From Oligoflexales bacterium (lineage in GTDB: Bacteria > Bdellovibrionota_B > Oligoflexia > Oligoflexales > JAPPIL01), in NCBI GenBank assembly GCA_965215515.1, contig OZ244057.1, forward strand, positions 352,001 to 416,000: 64,000 bases of DNA, read 5' to 3'. The position numbers and the translations under genes are program-made. Below the pieces are notes generated by a model that saw only the letters and a list, made by a program, of their open reading frames with translations, did no database searches and was not told the DNA's origin. This document shows positions 30,697-40,817 of the stretch, piece by piece; within the stretch, counting starts at the first letter, position 1; each line of letters starts with the position of its first letter.

Positions 30697-31827
30697 ATGC
30701 ATGCCGACACACGTTGTGTGCACGCGGGGGCTGAGCCGTACGCCGAAACTGGGGCTGTGACCATGCCCATTTTCCAGACTTCCACCTACGTGCAGGACAA
30801 GCCAGGGCAACCGCGTCTTTACGATTATGCCCGTGCAGGCAATCCTACCCGCACCGCGGCGGAGGAGGCGTTGGCCGCACTGGAAGGAGGCACACATGCC
30901 TTTAGTTTTGCTTCGGGGCTAGCTGCGGCACAGGTGGTGGTGCAGTTGTTGCCTAGCGACAGCCACATTCTGGTGTGCGAAGATGTCTACGGTGGCAGCG
31001 GTCGCCTGTTTACCGCCATCATGGCCAAATACGGTTTGCAGTTTGAATTTATCGATATGCGTGACCCACGCACCATTGCCGCCGCTCTGAAGGACAACAC
31101 CCGCCTCCTGTGGATCGAATCACCCACCAACCCTTTGTTGCACTTGATCGACATTGCCGCCGCGGTTGCACTTGCCGCCCCGCGGCACATTATCACGCTC
31201 GTTGATAACACCTTCGCGTCGCCTATCTTTCAATCCCCACTGGCACTCGGTGCAGACATCGCACTGCACTCCACCACCAAGTATATCGGAGGACACAGCG
31301 ACATGGTGGGCGGAGCGTTAGTTACCCGCCGTGACGATCTTGCCGCACGGATAAAATTTTTGCAATTTGCCGCGGGGGCGATCCCCGCGCCGTGGGAGTC
31401 TTTTTTGCTTGCCCGCAGTATCCGCACCCTGCATCTGCGCATGCTGCGCCACCAGGACAACGCCCTTCGCATCGCCCGCGCGTTGGAGCAAAGCCAACGC
31501 TTTGCCACAGTGATTTACCCTGGTCTGCGCTCGCATCCTCAGCATGATCTCGCCTGTCGTCAGATGTCTGGTTACAGCGGTATCGTCACGGTGCGCATGC
31601 GCGGCGGTCAGGCGGAGGCGGAGAGTTTTTTTCAGAAGCTACGTCTTTTCAAGCTGGCTGAAAGTTTGGGCGGCGTTGAGTCGTTAGTCAATCATCCTGT
31701 CACGATGACTCATGCCAGTGTGCCCCCTGCACGGCGCAAAAAACTCGGCATCGATGGCGGCTTGGTGCGTCTTTCCATCGGTGTTGAAGACGGTGCTGAC
31801 CTGCTCGCTGATCTCGGTGTCGCCTAG
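30697..31827 (+). CDS. Cystathionine gamma-synthase/lyase family PLP enzyme
   Basis: PIFQTSTY, YARAGNPT, ESPTNP, HSTTKYIGGHSD and AESLGGVESL. Confidence 0.95.
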   Translation: MHADTRCVHAGAEPYAETGAVTMPIFQTSTYVQDKPGQPRLYDYARAGNPTRTAAEEALAALEGGTHAFSFASGLAAAQVVVQLLPSDSHILVCEDVYGGSGRLFTAIMAKYGLQFEFIDMRDPRTIAAALKDNTRLLWIESPTNPLLHLIDIAAAVALAAPRHIITLVDNTFASPIFQSPLALGADIALHSTTKYIGGHSDMVGGALVTRRDDLAARIKFLQFAAGAIPAPWESFLLARSIRTLHLRMLRHQDNALRIARALEQSQRFATVIYPGLRSHPQHDLACRQMSGYSGIVTVRMRGGQAEAESFFQKLRLFKLAESLGGVESLVNHPVTMTHASVPPARRKKLGIDGGLVRLSIGVEDGADLLADLGVA

Positions 31828-31837
31828 GGGAGTGCTG

Positions 31838-33184
31838 TTATTTGCCAACGCAGAACTGGGCGAAGATGTTGTGGAGAATTTCGTCGCTGCTCACTTTCCC
31901 CAACAGTTCTTCCAGCGCTGCGTGTGCCTGCTGCACCTCAAACGCGACACATTCTTCGCGTGCTTCACCCAGCAGCTCGCGGTGGGCGGCTTGCAGGGCG
32001 GTTTGTGTACGTTGCAACGCGTGATAGTGGCGTTCACAACTGATGAAGGCACTGTCCGCGGTGGGCGTGCTGTCGTCGAACTCGGTTACCAGTCTGGCGC
32101 GCAATGCCGCGATGCCCTGCCCCGTCTGGCATGAAATGAACAGTGTCTGTGGTGCTGCCGATACTGCGGCGAGGTCGCACTTGTTGATGATCTCCACAAT
32201 TTTACGTGCCCCCGTCGCCGCGGGGCGTGCCTGCGGTGCTTCCGCACTGGCGATACGACAGACAAGATCGCAGTCGGCCAGCAAGGTCATTGTTTGACGC
32301 ACACCGTGTTGCTCGATGTGGTCACGGCTGTGGCGAATACCAGCGGTATCGATAATTTTGAACAGTCTTCCCTCTAAATACAGTGTGTCTTCGAGATAGT
32401 CACGGGTCGTGCCAGGATGGGCGGTGACGATGGCTCGTTCTTTCCCTAACAACAAGTTGAGCAGTGATGACTTGCCGACGTTAGGCAGACCGATCAGGGC
32501 GAGACGCAACCCGTCTTTGGCAATACGACCTTGCTGGTAGCTCGCCAGCAACTGTGTACTTTCTTGCTGGGCGGCGTGCAGGGCTTGTGCGATTGTCTGG
32601 TGCTGCACAGTTTGTGTTTCCCGTTCGTCAGGAAAATCAATCAGGGCATTGAGCAGGCTCAAGGCGCGCAGCAGTTCGGCACGGAGCGCGGCGATGTGCT
32701 GATGAAAAGCACCGAAGGCAAGGCTCTGGGCGGCGCGCCACTGTGTTTCGGTGTCGGCGGCGATCAGCTGGGCGATACCTTCTGCCGCGGCGAGGTCGAG
32801 TTTGCCGTTGAGAAAGGCTCGTTTAGTAAATTCCCCAGCGGTGGCGGAGCGTATCCCGTGGTTGTGCAGGAGGGCGAGAATTCTGCGCGGCACGTACCGC
32901 CCGCCATGGCAATGAATCTCTACTACCTCTTGCCCTGTGTAGGAGTGGGGAGCGGCAAAATAAACCACCAGCGCTTCGTCGATAACGTCTGAGCTATCGA
33001 CGATGTGGGCGAGGTAGCACTGCCGCGGTTGCCAACGGGGAGTTTTTTTGCGCACGATGTCGGCTAGCAAGGGTAGCAGTTCGTCGCCAGAAATACGCAC
33101 CACTGCGATCGCCGCGCGGTTGTTCCCGCTGGCTAGAGCTGCGATCGGTTCGCGATCGTAAGGGGGGATGGATGTTTCAAGCAT
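31838..33184 (-). CDS. mnmE: tRNA modification GTPase MnmE
   Basis: [34 protein letters not shown] and C-terminal FCVGK. Confidence 0.97.
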   Translation of the reverse strand: MLETSIPPYDREPIAALASGNNRAAIAVVRISGDELLPLLADIVRKKTPRWQPRQCYLAHIVDSSDVIDEALVVYFAAPHSYTGQEVVEIHCHGGRYVPRRILALLHNHGIRSATAGEFTKRAFLNGKLDLAAAEGIAQLIAADTETQWRAAQSLAFGAFHQHIAALRAELLRALSLLNALIDFPDERETQTVQHQTIAQALHAAQQESTQLLASYQQGRIAKDGLRLALIGLPNVGKSSLLNLLLGKERAIVTAHPGTTRDYLEDTLYLEGRLFKIIDTAGIRHSRDHIEQHGVRQTMTLLADCDLVCRIASAEAPQARPAATGARKIVEIINKCDLAAVSAAPQTLFISCQTGQGIAALRARLVTEFDDSTPTADSAFISCERHYHALQRTQTALQAAHRELLGEAREECVAFEVQQAHAALEELLGKVSSDEILHNIFAQFCVGK

Positions 33185-33959
33185 TGCCAGACAGCAGCCA
33201 GAGGGTAACGACACCAGCCAGCGCGAGGCGATAGAGGGCAAATACACCGAACCCAAGACGATCGATGCAGCTCAGCAGCAGTTTGATTACCAGCAAGCCC
33301 GTCACCGCGCTGACTGCGACACCGAGCAAGAAATGTGGCTCACGCAGGAATACTATCAGCTCGCGGCTATTCAGCAGCAGTGCCCCTAGCATCACGGGTG
33401 TTCCGAGCAGAAAAGAAAACTTAACGCTGGCTTGGCGTGTCAATCCCAGCATCCGCCCTCCCAGCATCGTCACCCCGCTGCGCGACACACCAGGTACGAG
33501 TGCCAGCACTTGCCATAAGCCGATCAGCATGGCCTGGCGCAATGACAAGGCTGTCACAGCAAACTGCTGTGGGCAGTGGCGATCGTACCACCACAGGGCC
33601 GCGCCCACCACCACCAGCGGCACGATGACGACTGGAGCGTGATGCAGATGGGTGGCGATCAACTCTTGCCCTAGCAAACCGACCACCGCAATGGGCACTG
33701 AGGCTACGCCGAGACGGAGGGTGAGGCGGGGGTGGCGACGTGCCAGCAGTTCGTCCCGTAGCAGTGCGTGCCAATCCCGTCCGAAATAGATGAGCAGCGA
33801 CAGCAGTGTGCCGCTGTGAAACGCGAGGTTCAGCAACAGCGGCAGGTCTTCCTGTGCCAACAGCGTGCTGTAGAGAATGAGGTGCGCCGAGCTAGAGATA
33901 GGGAGGAACTCCGTCACCCCTTGTAAAATTCCCAGCCCCACGATGTGAATGATGCTCAT
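33177..33959 (-). CDS. uppP: Undecaprenyl-diphosphate phosphatase
   Basis: QGVTEFLPISSSAHL and PGVSRSG motifs. Confidence 0.95.
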   Translation of the reverse strand: MSIIHIVGLGILQGVTEFLPISSSAHLILYSTLLAQEDLPLLLNLAFHSGTLLSLLIYFGRDWHALLRDELLARRHPRLTLRLGVASVPIAVVGLLGQELIATHLHHAPVVIVPLVVVGAALWWYDRHCPQQFAVTALSLRQAMLIGLWQVLALVPGVSRSGVTMLGGRMLGLTRQASVKFSFLLGTPVMLGALLLNSRELIVFLREPHFLLGVAVSAVTGLLVIKLLLSCIDRLGFGVFALYRLALAGVVTLWLLSGNA

Positions 33960-34022
33960 CGCAATCCGCCCGCCACCTTCAGTCATCCGTTAAGTAGCGC
34001 AGAGCCGAGGCGGCGCGCAACC

Positions 34023-34050
34023 TGTAGATGACCCCTAAAAACGGACACCC
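34023..34050 (+). mobile_element. Solo IS3-like terminal repeat remnant (copy 1, divergent)
   Basis: TGTAGATGACCCCTAAAAACGGACACCC, similar to the copies at 42391 and 60344. Confidence 0.5.
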
Positions 34051-34067
34051 GAGCGGTTGCGATACCC

Positions 34068-34877
34068 TTAACGGCGGTAGCGGTCGGGATGATAGTCGAT
34101 CAAGGCGGTATCGGGGTGAGCGAGATCGCTGCTGTCGCCGAAAGCGTGCACGGTAAGCAAACCCTCCCGCACAGCTACTTCTTCGGCGCGCGGCTCTGCC
34201 TTCATGTAAGCCAGACAGCCGAACAGACGCATGCCCGCACAGCTCGGCAGATTGATATGCGGTGACGAAGCCTGCCAACGCGTATAACTGCGCAGATATT
34301 TGCCCAGAAAATACTTAACGTCACCCACCGTCAACGTTGTCTTGGTCTCGACGATGACTATGTCCCGCTCCCCTGAAACGATGATGTCGATCTGTCCGTC
34401 TTCAGGTTTGCCGTCCTCATCCTGACAACGCACGCCGACATTAGGTAAGGCATCGTCGACGTGGAGATCGTGATGGCGGTTGAGGGTGGTAACGATGCCC
34501 GACTCGATGACAAACTCGGCTAGCTTGCCCCACATGTCGTACAACTTGCCCGTTTCTACCGCTACCACGCGGCGGTGCTCCTCCCGATCTTTGACACGCT
34601 GGGCATCGTATTCCTCACGTTCCCTCTCCAGCTTGGCATCGTACTCCTTGCGCTCTTCTTCTCGTTTGGCATCGTACTCCTTGCGCTCTTCTTCTCGTTT
34701 GGCATCGTACTCCTTGCGCTCGGCGATGCGCTCCTTGCGCTCTTCTTCTCGTTTGGCATCGTATTCCTTGCGCTCGGCGATGCGCTCCTCGCGCTCCTTC
34801 TCCAAGGCGGCCTCAAAACGCGTGGTGAACTGTGCCAGCTTTTTGTCGATGTACGAGGGTTCTTTGTCCGTGCTCAT
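34068..34877 (-). CDS. Coiled-coil repeat protein with C-terminal PD-(D/E)XK nuclease-like domain (DUF3782-like)
   Basis: EERKEYDAKRE repeats; QIDIIV...IVIVETK motif. Confidence 0.75.
   Translation of the reverse strand: MSTDKEPSYIDKKLAQFTTRFEAALEKEREERIAERKEYDAKREEERKERIAERKEYDAKREEERKEYDAKREEERKEYDAKLEREREEYDAQRVKDREEHRRVVAVETGKLYDMWGKLAEFVIESGIVTTLNRHHDLHVDDALPNVGVRCQDEDGKPEDGQIDIIVSGERDIVIVETKTTLTVGDVKYFLGKYLRSYTRWQASSPHINLPSCAGMRLFGCLAYMKAEPRAEEVAVREGLLTVHAFGDSSDLAHPDTALIDYHPDRYRR
34600..34800. repeat. Intragenic tandem repeats (33-bp and 21-bp modules)
   Basis: TCCTTGCGCTCTTCTTCTCGTTTGGCATCGTA and CGCTCGGCGATGCGC modules recur; boundaries approximate. Confidence 0.9.
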
Positions 34878-35003
34878 GAGCAGTCGTCCTTGATAATGAA
34901 CACCGCCTTACTTAGATGCTACACCAGCTCCTCGCTGATCAGCAAGTTCTTTCGAGAACGAGAAGCTCGTACAAACAAACACCTGTCCAGTCTTCCCGCC
35001 CAT

Positions 35004-35435
35004 TCAGAAAGGCACATCTTCAAGACCGCTGCCGTTGCTTGTTCCAGCATCGGCGGGTTGTGGCGAAGCTGTCTCTTTCTTGTGCTCTCCCTGTGTTTCA
35101 CCAGGCCTGCTGCCGAGAAACTGCACGTTGGAGGCAACAACCTCCGTAGTATAACGCTTCTGTCCATTCTGATCTTCCCAGGAGCGCGTCTGTAGCCTAC
35201 CCTCGATAAACACAGGACTGCCTTTGTGCAGATACTTACAGCAGTTCTCCGCCTGCCGTCCCCAGACCACCACTCGATGCCAGTCGGTGAAACTCTGTTT
35301 ACCGCCCTCAGCCGTATTACGGAATTCGGTGGTTGCAACGCTGATGTTAGTCAGAGGAGTCTGACTCTGCGTGCAGCGCAACTCAGGGTCTTGACCAAGA
35401 TTACCGATCAACTGCACACGATTGTAAGATGCCAT
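35004..35435 (-). CDS. ssb: Single-stranded DNA-binding protein
   Basis: NRVQLIGNLGQDPE, TDWHRVV, EGRLQTRSW and C-terminal DVPF. Confidence 0.97.
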   Translation of the reverse strand: MASYNRVQLIGNLGQDPELRCTQSQTPLTNISVATTEFRNTAEGGKQSFTDWHRVVVWGRQAENCCKYLHKGSPVFIEGRLQTRSWEDQNGQKRYTTEVVASNVQFLGSRPGETQGEHKKETASPQPADAGTSNGSGLEDVPF

Positions 35436-35519
35436 CACATACCTCGTCCGATTCAAATCCGATCCCGAGTGCTAGCAGACGACGAAAAAAATATCCACTC
35501 CTGTTTATCTCGGTATATG

Positions 35520-36506
35520 CTAGCAGTTCCTGAGCTGCGCCGCGATAGCCGCGTAGGGATCATCCCTACTGGCTGGAGGCAGCAGCAAGCGCGGGCTGGT
35601 GAGATTGATTTCGGTGATCAAGCCCGCAATCATGTCAAAACCGACAAAATACACCCCCTCTTGCCACAAACGCTGGGCAACCGTACGCACCGCCTGCACC
35701 TCCGCAGTGCTAGGACGATGTGCCCGCAACTCTGCCCCCTGGGCAGTGTTGGCGAGAAAACTGCCCGCAGCAGGTCGTTTCAAACACCAAGCCACAGGCT
35801 CACCAAAAGCGCAGAAACAACGCACCTCCCCCTGCCACACCTCCTCCTGAAACTGCTGTACAAGCAGCGTCGCCCCCTGCTGTCGCTGCGCGGCGACGAT
35901 CCTGCGTCGTGCCTCCCGCTCACCACCCACCGCCAGCCGCACACGCAGCACACCCTGCCCGCCATGCCTGAACAACGGTTTGATGATCGCATCGCCCCGC
36001 AACTCCTGCACAATGAAAGCTAGCATCTGCGTAACATCGCTGCTTACCAGCGACTTGACGGTCTGGGCGGGGAAATGCAACACCGCCATCTTCTCATTGT
36101 AATCCCGCAAAGCCCGCGGTCGATTGAACACCCGCGTGCTCGCACGATCGAGATGCCACGTGGCGACGACATAAGCTAGATCAAAAGGCGGATCTTTACG
36201 CATGTGGACGGCAGCGAAATCCGCCAACGCCCGCACCTCCACCCGCGGCTCACTAACCACCCCCGTGTGTGCCGCTCCCGTGAAAACCATCCGCCGACAA
36301 CGACACTGCACCTGCCCCCCACTGCGACTAAACAAATCAGCAATGCCAGCCCCGTAAACAGCAACTCCCTGGCAATGCAGAGCATACGCAAGCCTAATAC
36401 TAGTGTTGAGTGACAACGTCGCCGCCTCAGGGGGGTCGATGATAAACAGATGCTCCCTCGCCACGCTGAACTCCCCCAACCATACCCCGCTGCTAGCATT
36501 TTCCAC
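35520..36506 (-). CDS. gshB: Glutathione synthetase
   Basis: MRKDPPFD, RDYNEK, IKPL and GFDMI....TEINLTSP (ATP-grasp fold). Confidence 0.9.
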   Translation of the reverse strand: MENASSGVWLGEFSVAREHLFIIDPPEAATLSLNTSIRLAYALHCQGVAVYGAGIADLFSRSGGQVQCRCRRMVFTGAAHTGVVSEPRVEVRALADFAAVHMRKDPPFDLAYVVATWHLDRASTRVFNRPRALRDYNEKMAVLHFPAQTVKSLVSSDVTQMLAFIVQELRGDAIIKPLFRHGGQGVLRVRLAVGGEREARRRIVAAQRQQGATLLVQQFQEEVWQGEVRCFCAFGEPVAWCLKRPAAGSFLANTAQGAELRAHRPSTAEVQAVRTVAQRLWQEGVYFVGFDMIAGLITEINLTSPRLLLPPASRDDPYAAIAAQLRNC

Positions 36507-36587
36507 GTAAATTCACCACCTTGCAAGCCAAAACGACCCCCGCCAGGAAAACAACGCATCGCCCCTACTTTAAATTTTATAAAATTA

Positions 36588-36615
36588 TTGACATACGTTT
36601 TGTTTTTGATACAAT
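36588..36615 (+). promoter_or_regulatory. sigma70-type promoter
   Basis: TTGACA-N16-TACAAT with extended -10 TG and an AT-rich upstream element. Confidence 0.65.
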
Positions 36616-36651
36616 CCTGATAGTTTTAATTTAATTTATCCTGGTTATGAT

Positions 36652-37308
36652 ATGAGATACTTATTATTAGTTATGGTGCTATGCGGCACAGCTTGTGGTG
36701 AGCGTAACGGTCGTGAGGGAGACGTGCGTCATCTGGACGCGGCGAACGCTGGTAAGCGGGAGGTTATCCTTGCTACCCAGCGACCTAATGGTCAGTATTG
36801 TTTTTATGGCAATAGTGTGGCAAGCGCAGCAGAGCAGGGTGAAACTTTTTCCGAGCAGATGATCAGGTTGGCGCACGGCAGCGAGTTGTTGACACCGTAC
36901 TCTTTGCACCGCAAAGATGTGCGCGATGCCTTGCTGATGGAAAGTAAAAATATCAACATAGCCACGCATTTACAGGTTAACCCCGTCACCACCCTCGCTG
37001 ATTGGACTTGTTTCGCGTCGATAGCTGCCATTCTTTTTACCAAGAATCCAGTGTTCCTTAAGGTAGCCTGGGTGTCGTGTGGTATCTCGATCTCAGCTCA
37101 GGTGGGGGCATTCATCGCTTATGGCACGGGGATGCGGAAGAACAAGGCGCTCAGCAAAGAGCTTGTTTCGCCCCACATGGACAGCGTCGAGATGGAGACG
37201 ATCGCACGTCTGCGCAAAATTTTCACCTGGCTGGAATCGCGTGATGCCGAGCAGTGCCCTGCTGAGATTGAGATTCCCCTGCCGCAAAGCGAGTTGAAGG
37301 AGGCTTAA
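36652..37308 (+). CDS. Hypothetical lipoprotein with internal hydrophobic hairpin
   Basis: GTAC lipobox; WTCFASIAAILF...VSCGISISAQVGAFIAY segment. Confidence 0.75.
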   Translation: MRYLLLVMVLCGTACGERNGREGDVRHLDAANAGKREVILATQRPNGQYCFYGNSVASAAEQGETFSEQMIRLAHGSELLTPYSLHRKDVRDALLMESKNINIATHLQVNPVTTLADWTCFASIAAILFTKNPVFLKVAWVSCGISISAQVGAFIAYGTGMRKNKALSKELVSPHMDSVEMETIARLRKIFTWLESRDAEQCPAEIEIPLPQSELKEA

Positions 37309-37310
37309 GC

Positions 37311-38222
37311 ATGCTGTTACGGATTTGTTTTTTATCGTTGTTGTTATCGGCTTGTGGCCAAGCCGAGCACTCACGAGTTCAGGTGGGCGGGCCTGGCGTG
37401 ATCGCAGGAGATGACCCTCTCAATCGCTACACGGTGTTGGTTAAGCTCGCTTTTGAAAGAGGTGACCGCCTTGCTCATGGACACTGTTCGGGCACGTTGC
37501 TCAGCCCCGAGCACGTGCTGTTGGCCGCTCACTGTGTGGAAAACGTGTGGAGTGCCAAAGTGCTGATCGGACACGAGCACAAGGTCACGCTCGCTAACGG
37601 TAGCAAGTTTACCGCCCTCAGCGAAGGTAAGTCTCTCGTCGTCAGTAAATCTTTTCTGGCATATTACGAAAAAAAATTCTACACCGTCTTGTTGAAGAAG
37701 CTCACCTGGCGCGAACCACGGCAGGTTCTCAAAGATATCGCCATCATCAGGTTAGCGCAGCCTTTTGACTTGCCCTATGGAATTGAGTTTACCATTCCTG
37801 AACCTAACCGTGACCTCAGCGGCGAACAGGTAGACATTGCAGGTTACGGGATCGGTGATTTCGCCCAACAGCCTAATCGTGGACGCAAGGCGACAGTTAC
37901 GTTAAAACGTGATTATCAGGTGTCCGATTTGCTGGAGTTTACCAATTATACTGACCGCGTGAATTTTGGCGATTCGGGCGGCCCTGTATGGTGGCGTAAC
38001 GAAGAGGGGCAACTCAACCTCATCGGGGTGCATTCCTTCGGGTTGCCATTGCCATTGCCATTGCCGTTTTACACCTACTCGATCGATATTCGCCAACATC
38101 AGAAATGGATCGGCCAGGCCTTGCGAGTGTTACACCAACGCCAGCCACGCATCACGGCCGCGATGGACATGAGCAAGCGCTTCTTCCCCTCCTTCTTGGA
38201 AGAAAATTATCAGGGCGATTGA
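37311..38222 (+). CDS. Trypsin-like (S1) serine protease lipoprotein
   Basis: Lipobox LSAC; catalytic triad motifs AAHC, DIAII and GDSGGP. Confidence 0.92.
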   Translation: MLLRICFLSLLLSACGQAEHSRVQVGGPGVIAGDDPLNRYTVLVKLAFERGDRLAHGHCSGTLLSPEHVLLAAHCVENVWSAKVLIGHEHKVTLANGSKFTALSEGKSLVVSKSFLAYYEKKFYTVLLKKLTWREPRQVLKDIAIIRLAQPFDLPYGIEFTIPEPNRDLSGEQVDIAGYGIGDFAQQPNRGRKATVTLKRDYQVSDLLEFTNYTDRVNFGDSGGPVWWRNEEGQLNLIGVHSFGLPLPLPLPFYTYSIDIRQHQKWIGQALRVLHQRQPRITAAMDMSKRFFPSFLEENYQGD

Positions 38223-38313
38223 TCTTACCGCACGGTGACAATTTGCCCTGTGCTGACACGCACACAGTTCGGGTATAATAGAAGAGAGATATGCTGGCCA
38301 CCCAAGCGAGTAA

Positions 38314-40686
38314 ATGGCGGAAAATACAGCAAACTTTGCCCTATCACCTCTGTTGCAAGCACGGCTGTTACGCACCGCGGCGCGTGTTATGGAGCGAGAT
38401 AGCTTCGCCAGGCTAAAGGCGAAGCTTAGCACAGCGATCGTGCGCACTAGTCGTCGTCGCCCGCAAGCCCTACATGCTCTAGAACTACAGCGTCTCGTCG
38501 CAAAGAAGGCAGCTTTTACCGCCATGCGTCCCGTGCTGGCCAAACTCTACGCCTACGACCGCAGTCTGCGTTTTCAAGCACAGCTAGTTGAATTGGCATT
38601 CTTGCATGGCGACAGCAACGATGTACAAGATATGCTCCAGTTTCTCGCACAGCGCGGCAAAGATTTCTACCTGCACATCAACACCGCCGTGCGCGAACGC
38701 CTGCTGCCCGCACGTGTGGGCGAAAACTCACCTCTTGCAGATATTTTGTTATTGCATCGCAACCACGATGCCCTGTGTCCCGCTGAACGTCAGCATATTT
38801 TGCAACTGCTGGGTAAACTCGCGGTACCTAGCGAACTGCTCGTTTATTTCGAACAACACAAGACCATGCTGTTGACCGCACTGAGAACGCAAGGGGCTGA
38901 TCTCGACGCACTCTACCTCAGGCTAGGCAAGGCCGCCTTGCAGACGGGTTACCTCGATGGTTGCCGCCAATTTCTCGCCCACATCAGTCCACAGTCGCAG
39001 GCTTACCGTGATGCCTTGCGTATCCTGCTCCTTCCGCCCGCCAAGAATGCCAGCAACAAGGTGTTACAGAGTATGCTGGCGGAACAAAAATGGGAAAACC
39101 GCCTGATCCTACTCGACAGCTACCTCACCACTGCAGCTCGCCGCAATCCTCTTACCGACCGCGATCGCCCCGCACTCAATGCCGTGTTGCGCGACCCGTT
39201 GGCATTGTTGCCGAAGACCAGCGCGGCCTGGACAGCCCTATCCCAGCTGCTGGTACGGCAACGAGGACAACTGCGCTACTACCCTGACCTGTATCGGGTT
39301 TTTGTCCAGCACCGTGCCGTGTTTCACGGCGCGGGATTGGATACCGCACTGTGGTACGGCTTTCTCTCCCTGCAGGCGGAAGACGACAAACACCGTCTAT
39401 GGCGCGGGATTGCACATCTGCACCACTACGTCAACTGCGGCAGCGACAACGAGAAGGCTTTGTGGCGGGCAAAAACTATTCTGCTCGAGTTAGGAGAAAC
39501 AAAACTGTGGCAACGTCTGCACCGCGAAGCTTTGCGTTTTGTGCAGCAGGCAAGAGTAATCCCTATCGCACAACGCCAGCGTATGGTGAACCAACTGCGC
39601 GTCGCTTGTCACGAACGTGACTTGACGCTGCACGAAGTGCGCACTTACCTGCCCCTCAGCACCTCTCGCTACGTGCTGACGGAATTGGAAACAGCCGTGC
39701 GTAAGCAACAAGCCCCCGCTCTTGAGCTGGATATCATCTGGCGCAAGGCAAACCTCGCCCATCTGCACAACCGCGACCTCGATCGGATATGGACATTGGC
39801 ACTCAAACTCGATCGTATCGATCTGGCCTGGCGCACCGCAACACTGCTCAATGCTAGACGAGCACTACATCCGCGGGTGCAAGGGGTATGGCAAGCATCG
39901 GGAGAAAAACGCGCCACCTACCCCTTGCTATGGCAGGATAAAATGCTGGAGACTTGCACGGCAGGGTTTAGCATTACCGAACAAAAGTTTCTACACGCTT
40001 TCTTTAACGTTGCCGCCATGATCCCCGCCCTGTTCGCTCGCCTCGATCCGCAAGCACGCAGCTATCGACGCAAGCTAACGCGGGATGACAGGCCGCGACA
40101 ACAGATCGAAAGGTTTCTCAACAACATCCCGCAGCTGGCCGCGAGTGCGCGTCGCTACTACTTCAGCAGCGATGGGATGCTGGCACGCAATCAGCAGTTG
40201 CCGTTGTTCATCAGAAACATGCCTGACACCGTGTGGAGTTTGCTGTTGGCGAACTTAGCCGAACGCCTGTCACTGAACTTGTGGTCATGGCAGCTGTCGC
40301 TGTTGATGGCACTGGTCGATAAAGTATTGCCACGTTTTATCACTCGCAGCAAAATCACCGCACGTGGTCTGCGCTGGCTGCGTAACCTCAGCCCTCAACA
40401 GCAGCAAGCATGGCACACGTTGGTGGCGACCGCGGTGCGCCTCTCTGACCCACGCGCGGAAGAACTGCTGGGGGGCTTCCTCTGTCGTCTGGCCGCCTGC
40501 ATGTATCAAAACCACTATCAGGCACTGTTGTCCTTGCAATTGATGCACGCACCGCTATCATATATCTGGAGCTTGGAGAAGTTTATTTTGGCCGCCCAGT
40601 ATTCCGACTTGCGGCAACAGCTGGGGTGTCGGCATCGTGTCAAAGCTCCGCAGTCGGTGGTAACGATGGCCAGTATCTTGCGGTGA
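38314..40686 (+). CDS. Large hypothetical alpha-helical protein
   Basis: 790-aa ORF rich in Leu/Ala/Arg; no motif recognised. Confidence 0.75.
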   Translation: MAENTANFALSPLLQARLLRTAARVMERDSFARLKAKLSTAIVRTSRRRPQALHALELQRLVAKKAAFTAMRPVLAKLYAYDRSLRFQAQLVELAFLHGDSNDVQDMLQFLAQRGKDFYLHINTAVRERLLPARVGENSPLADILLLHRNHDALCPAERQHILQLLGKLAVPSELLVYFEQHKTMLLTALRTQGADLDALYLRLGKAALQTGYLDGCRQFLAHISPQSQAYRDALRILLLPPAKNASNKVLQSMLAEQKWENRLILLDSYLTTAARRNPLTDRDRPALNAVLRDPLALLPKTSAAWTALSQLLVRQRGQLRYYPDLYRVFVQHRAVFHGAGLDTALWYGFLSLQAEDDKHRLWRGIAHLHHYVNCGSDNEKALWRAKTILLELGETKLWQRLHREALRFVQQARVIPIAQRQRMVNQLRVACHERDLTLHEVRTYLPLSTSRYVLTELETAVRKQQAPALELDIIWRKANLAHLHNRDLDRIWTLALKLDRIDLAWRTATLLNARRALHPRVQGVWQASGEKRATYPLLWQDKMLETCTAGFSITEQKFLHAFFNVAAMIPALFARLDPQARSYRRKLTRDDRPRQQIERFLNNIPQLAASARRYYFSSDGMLARNQQLPLFIRNMPDTVWSLLLANLAERLSLNLWSWQLSLLMALVDKVLPRFITRSKITARGLRWLRNLSPQQQQAWHTLVATAVRLSDPRAEELLGGFLCRLAACMYQNHYQALLSLQLMHAPLSYIWSLEKFILAAQYSDLRQQLGCRHRVKAPQSVVTMASILR

Positions 40687-40692
40687 GGAGTG

Positions 40693-40815
40693 ATGATGGT
40701 GACCTGGCTCGCTTTGGCGGGAGGGCTTTTTGTGCTCGGGATAGTGATGTACTGGTTGGTTAGCATGCCGCTGCGAGACTTGATCGCGGTCAGCGGCAAG
40801 AAGAAAAAGCACTAG
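40693..40815 (+). CDS. 40-aa single-pass membrane microprotein (below the ORF track cutoff)
   Basis: SD GAGGAG; MMVTWLALAGGLFVLGIVMYWLVSMPLRDLIAVSGKKKKH; fills the gap before lolA. Confidence 0.6.
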   Translation: MMVTWLALAGGLFVLGIVMYWLVSMPLRDLIAVSGKKKKH

Positions 40816-40817
40816 CC

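Noticed and set aside
35226..36023. 265-aa plus-strand ORF and similar long antisense ORFs (19554..20351, 21396..22238, 50605..51465)
   Set aside because: They overlap well-supported genes on the opposite strand, as expected at this GC content.
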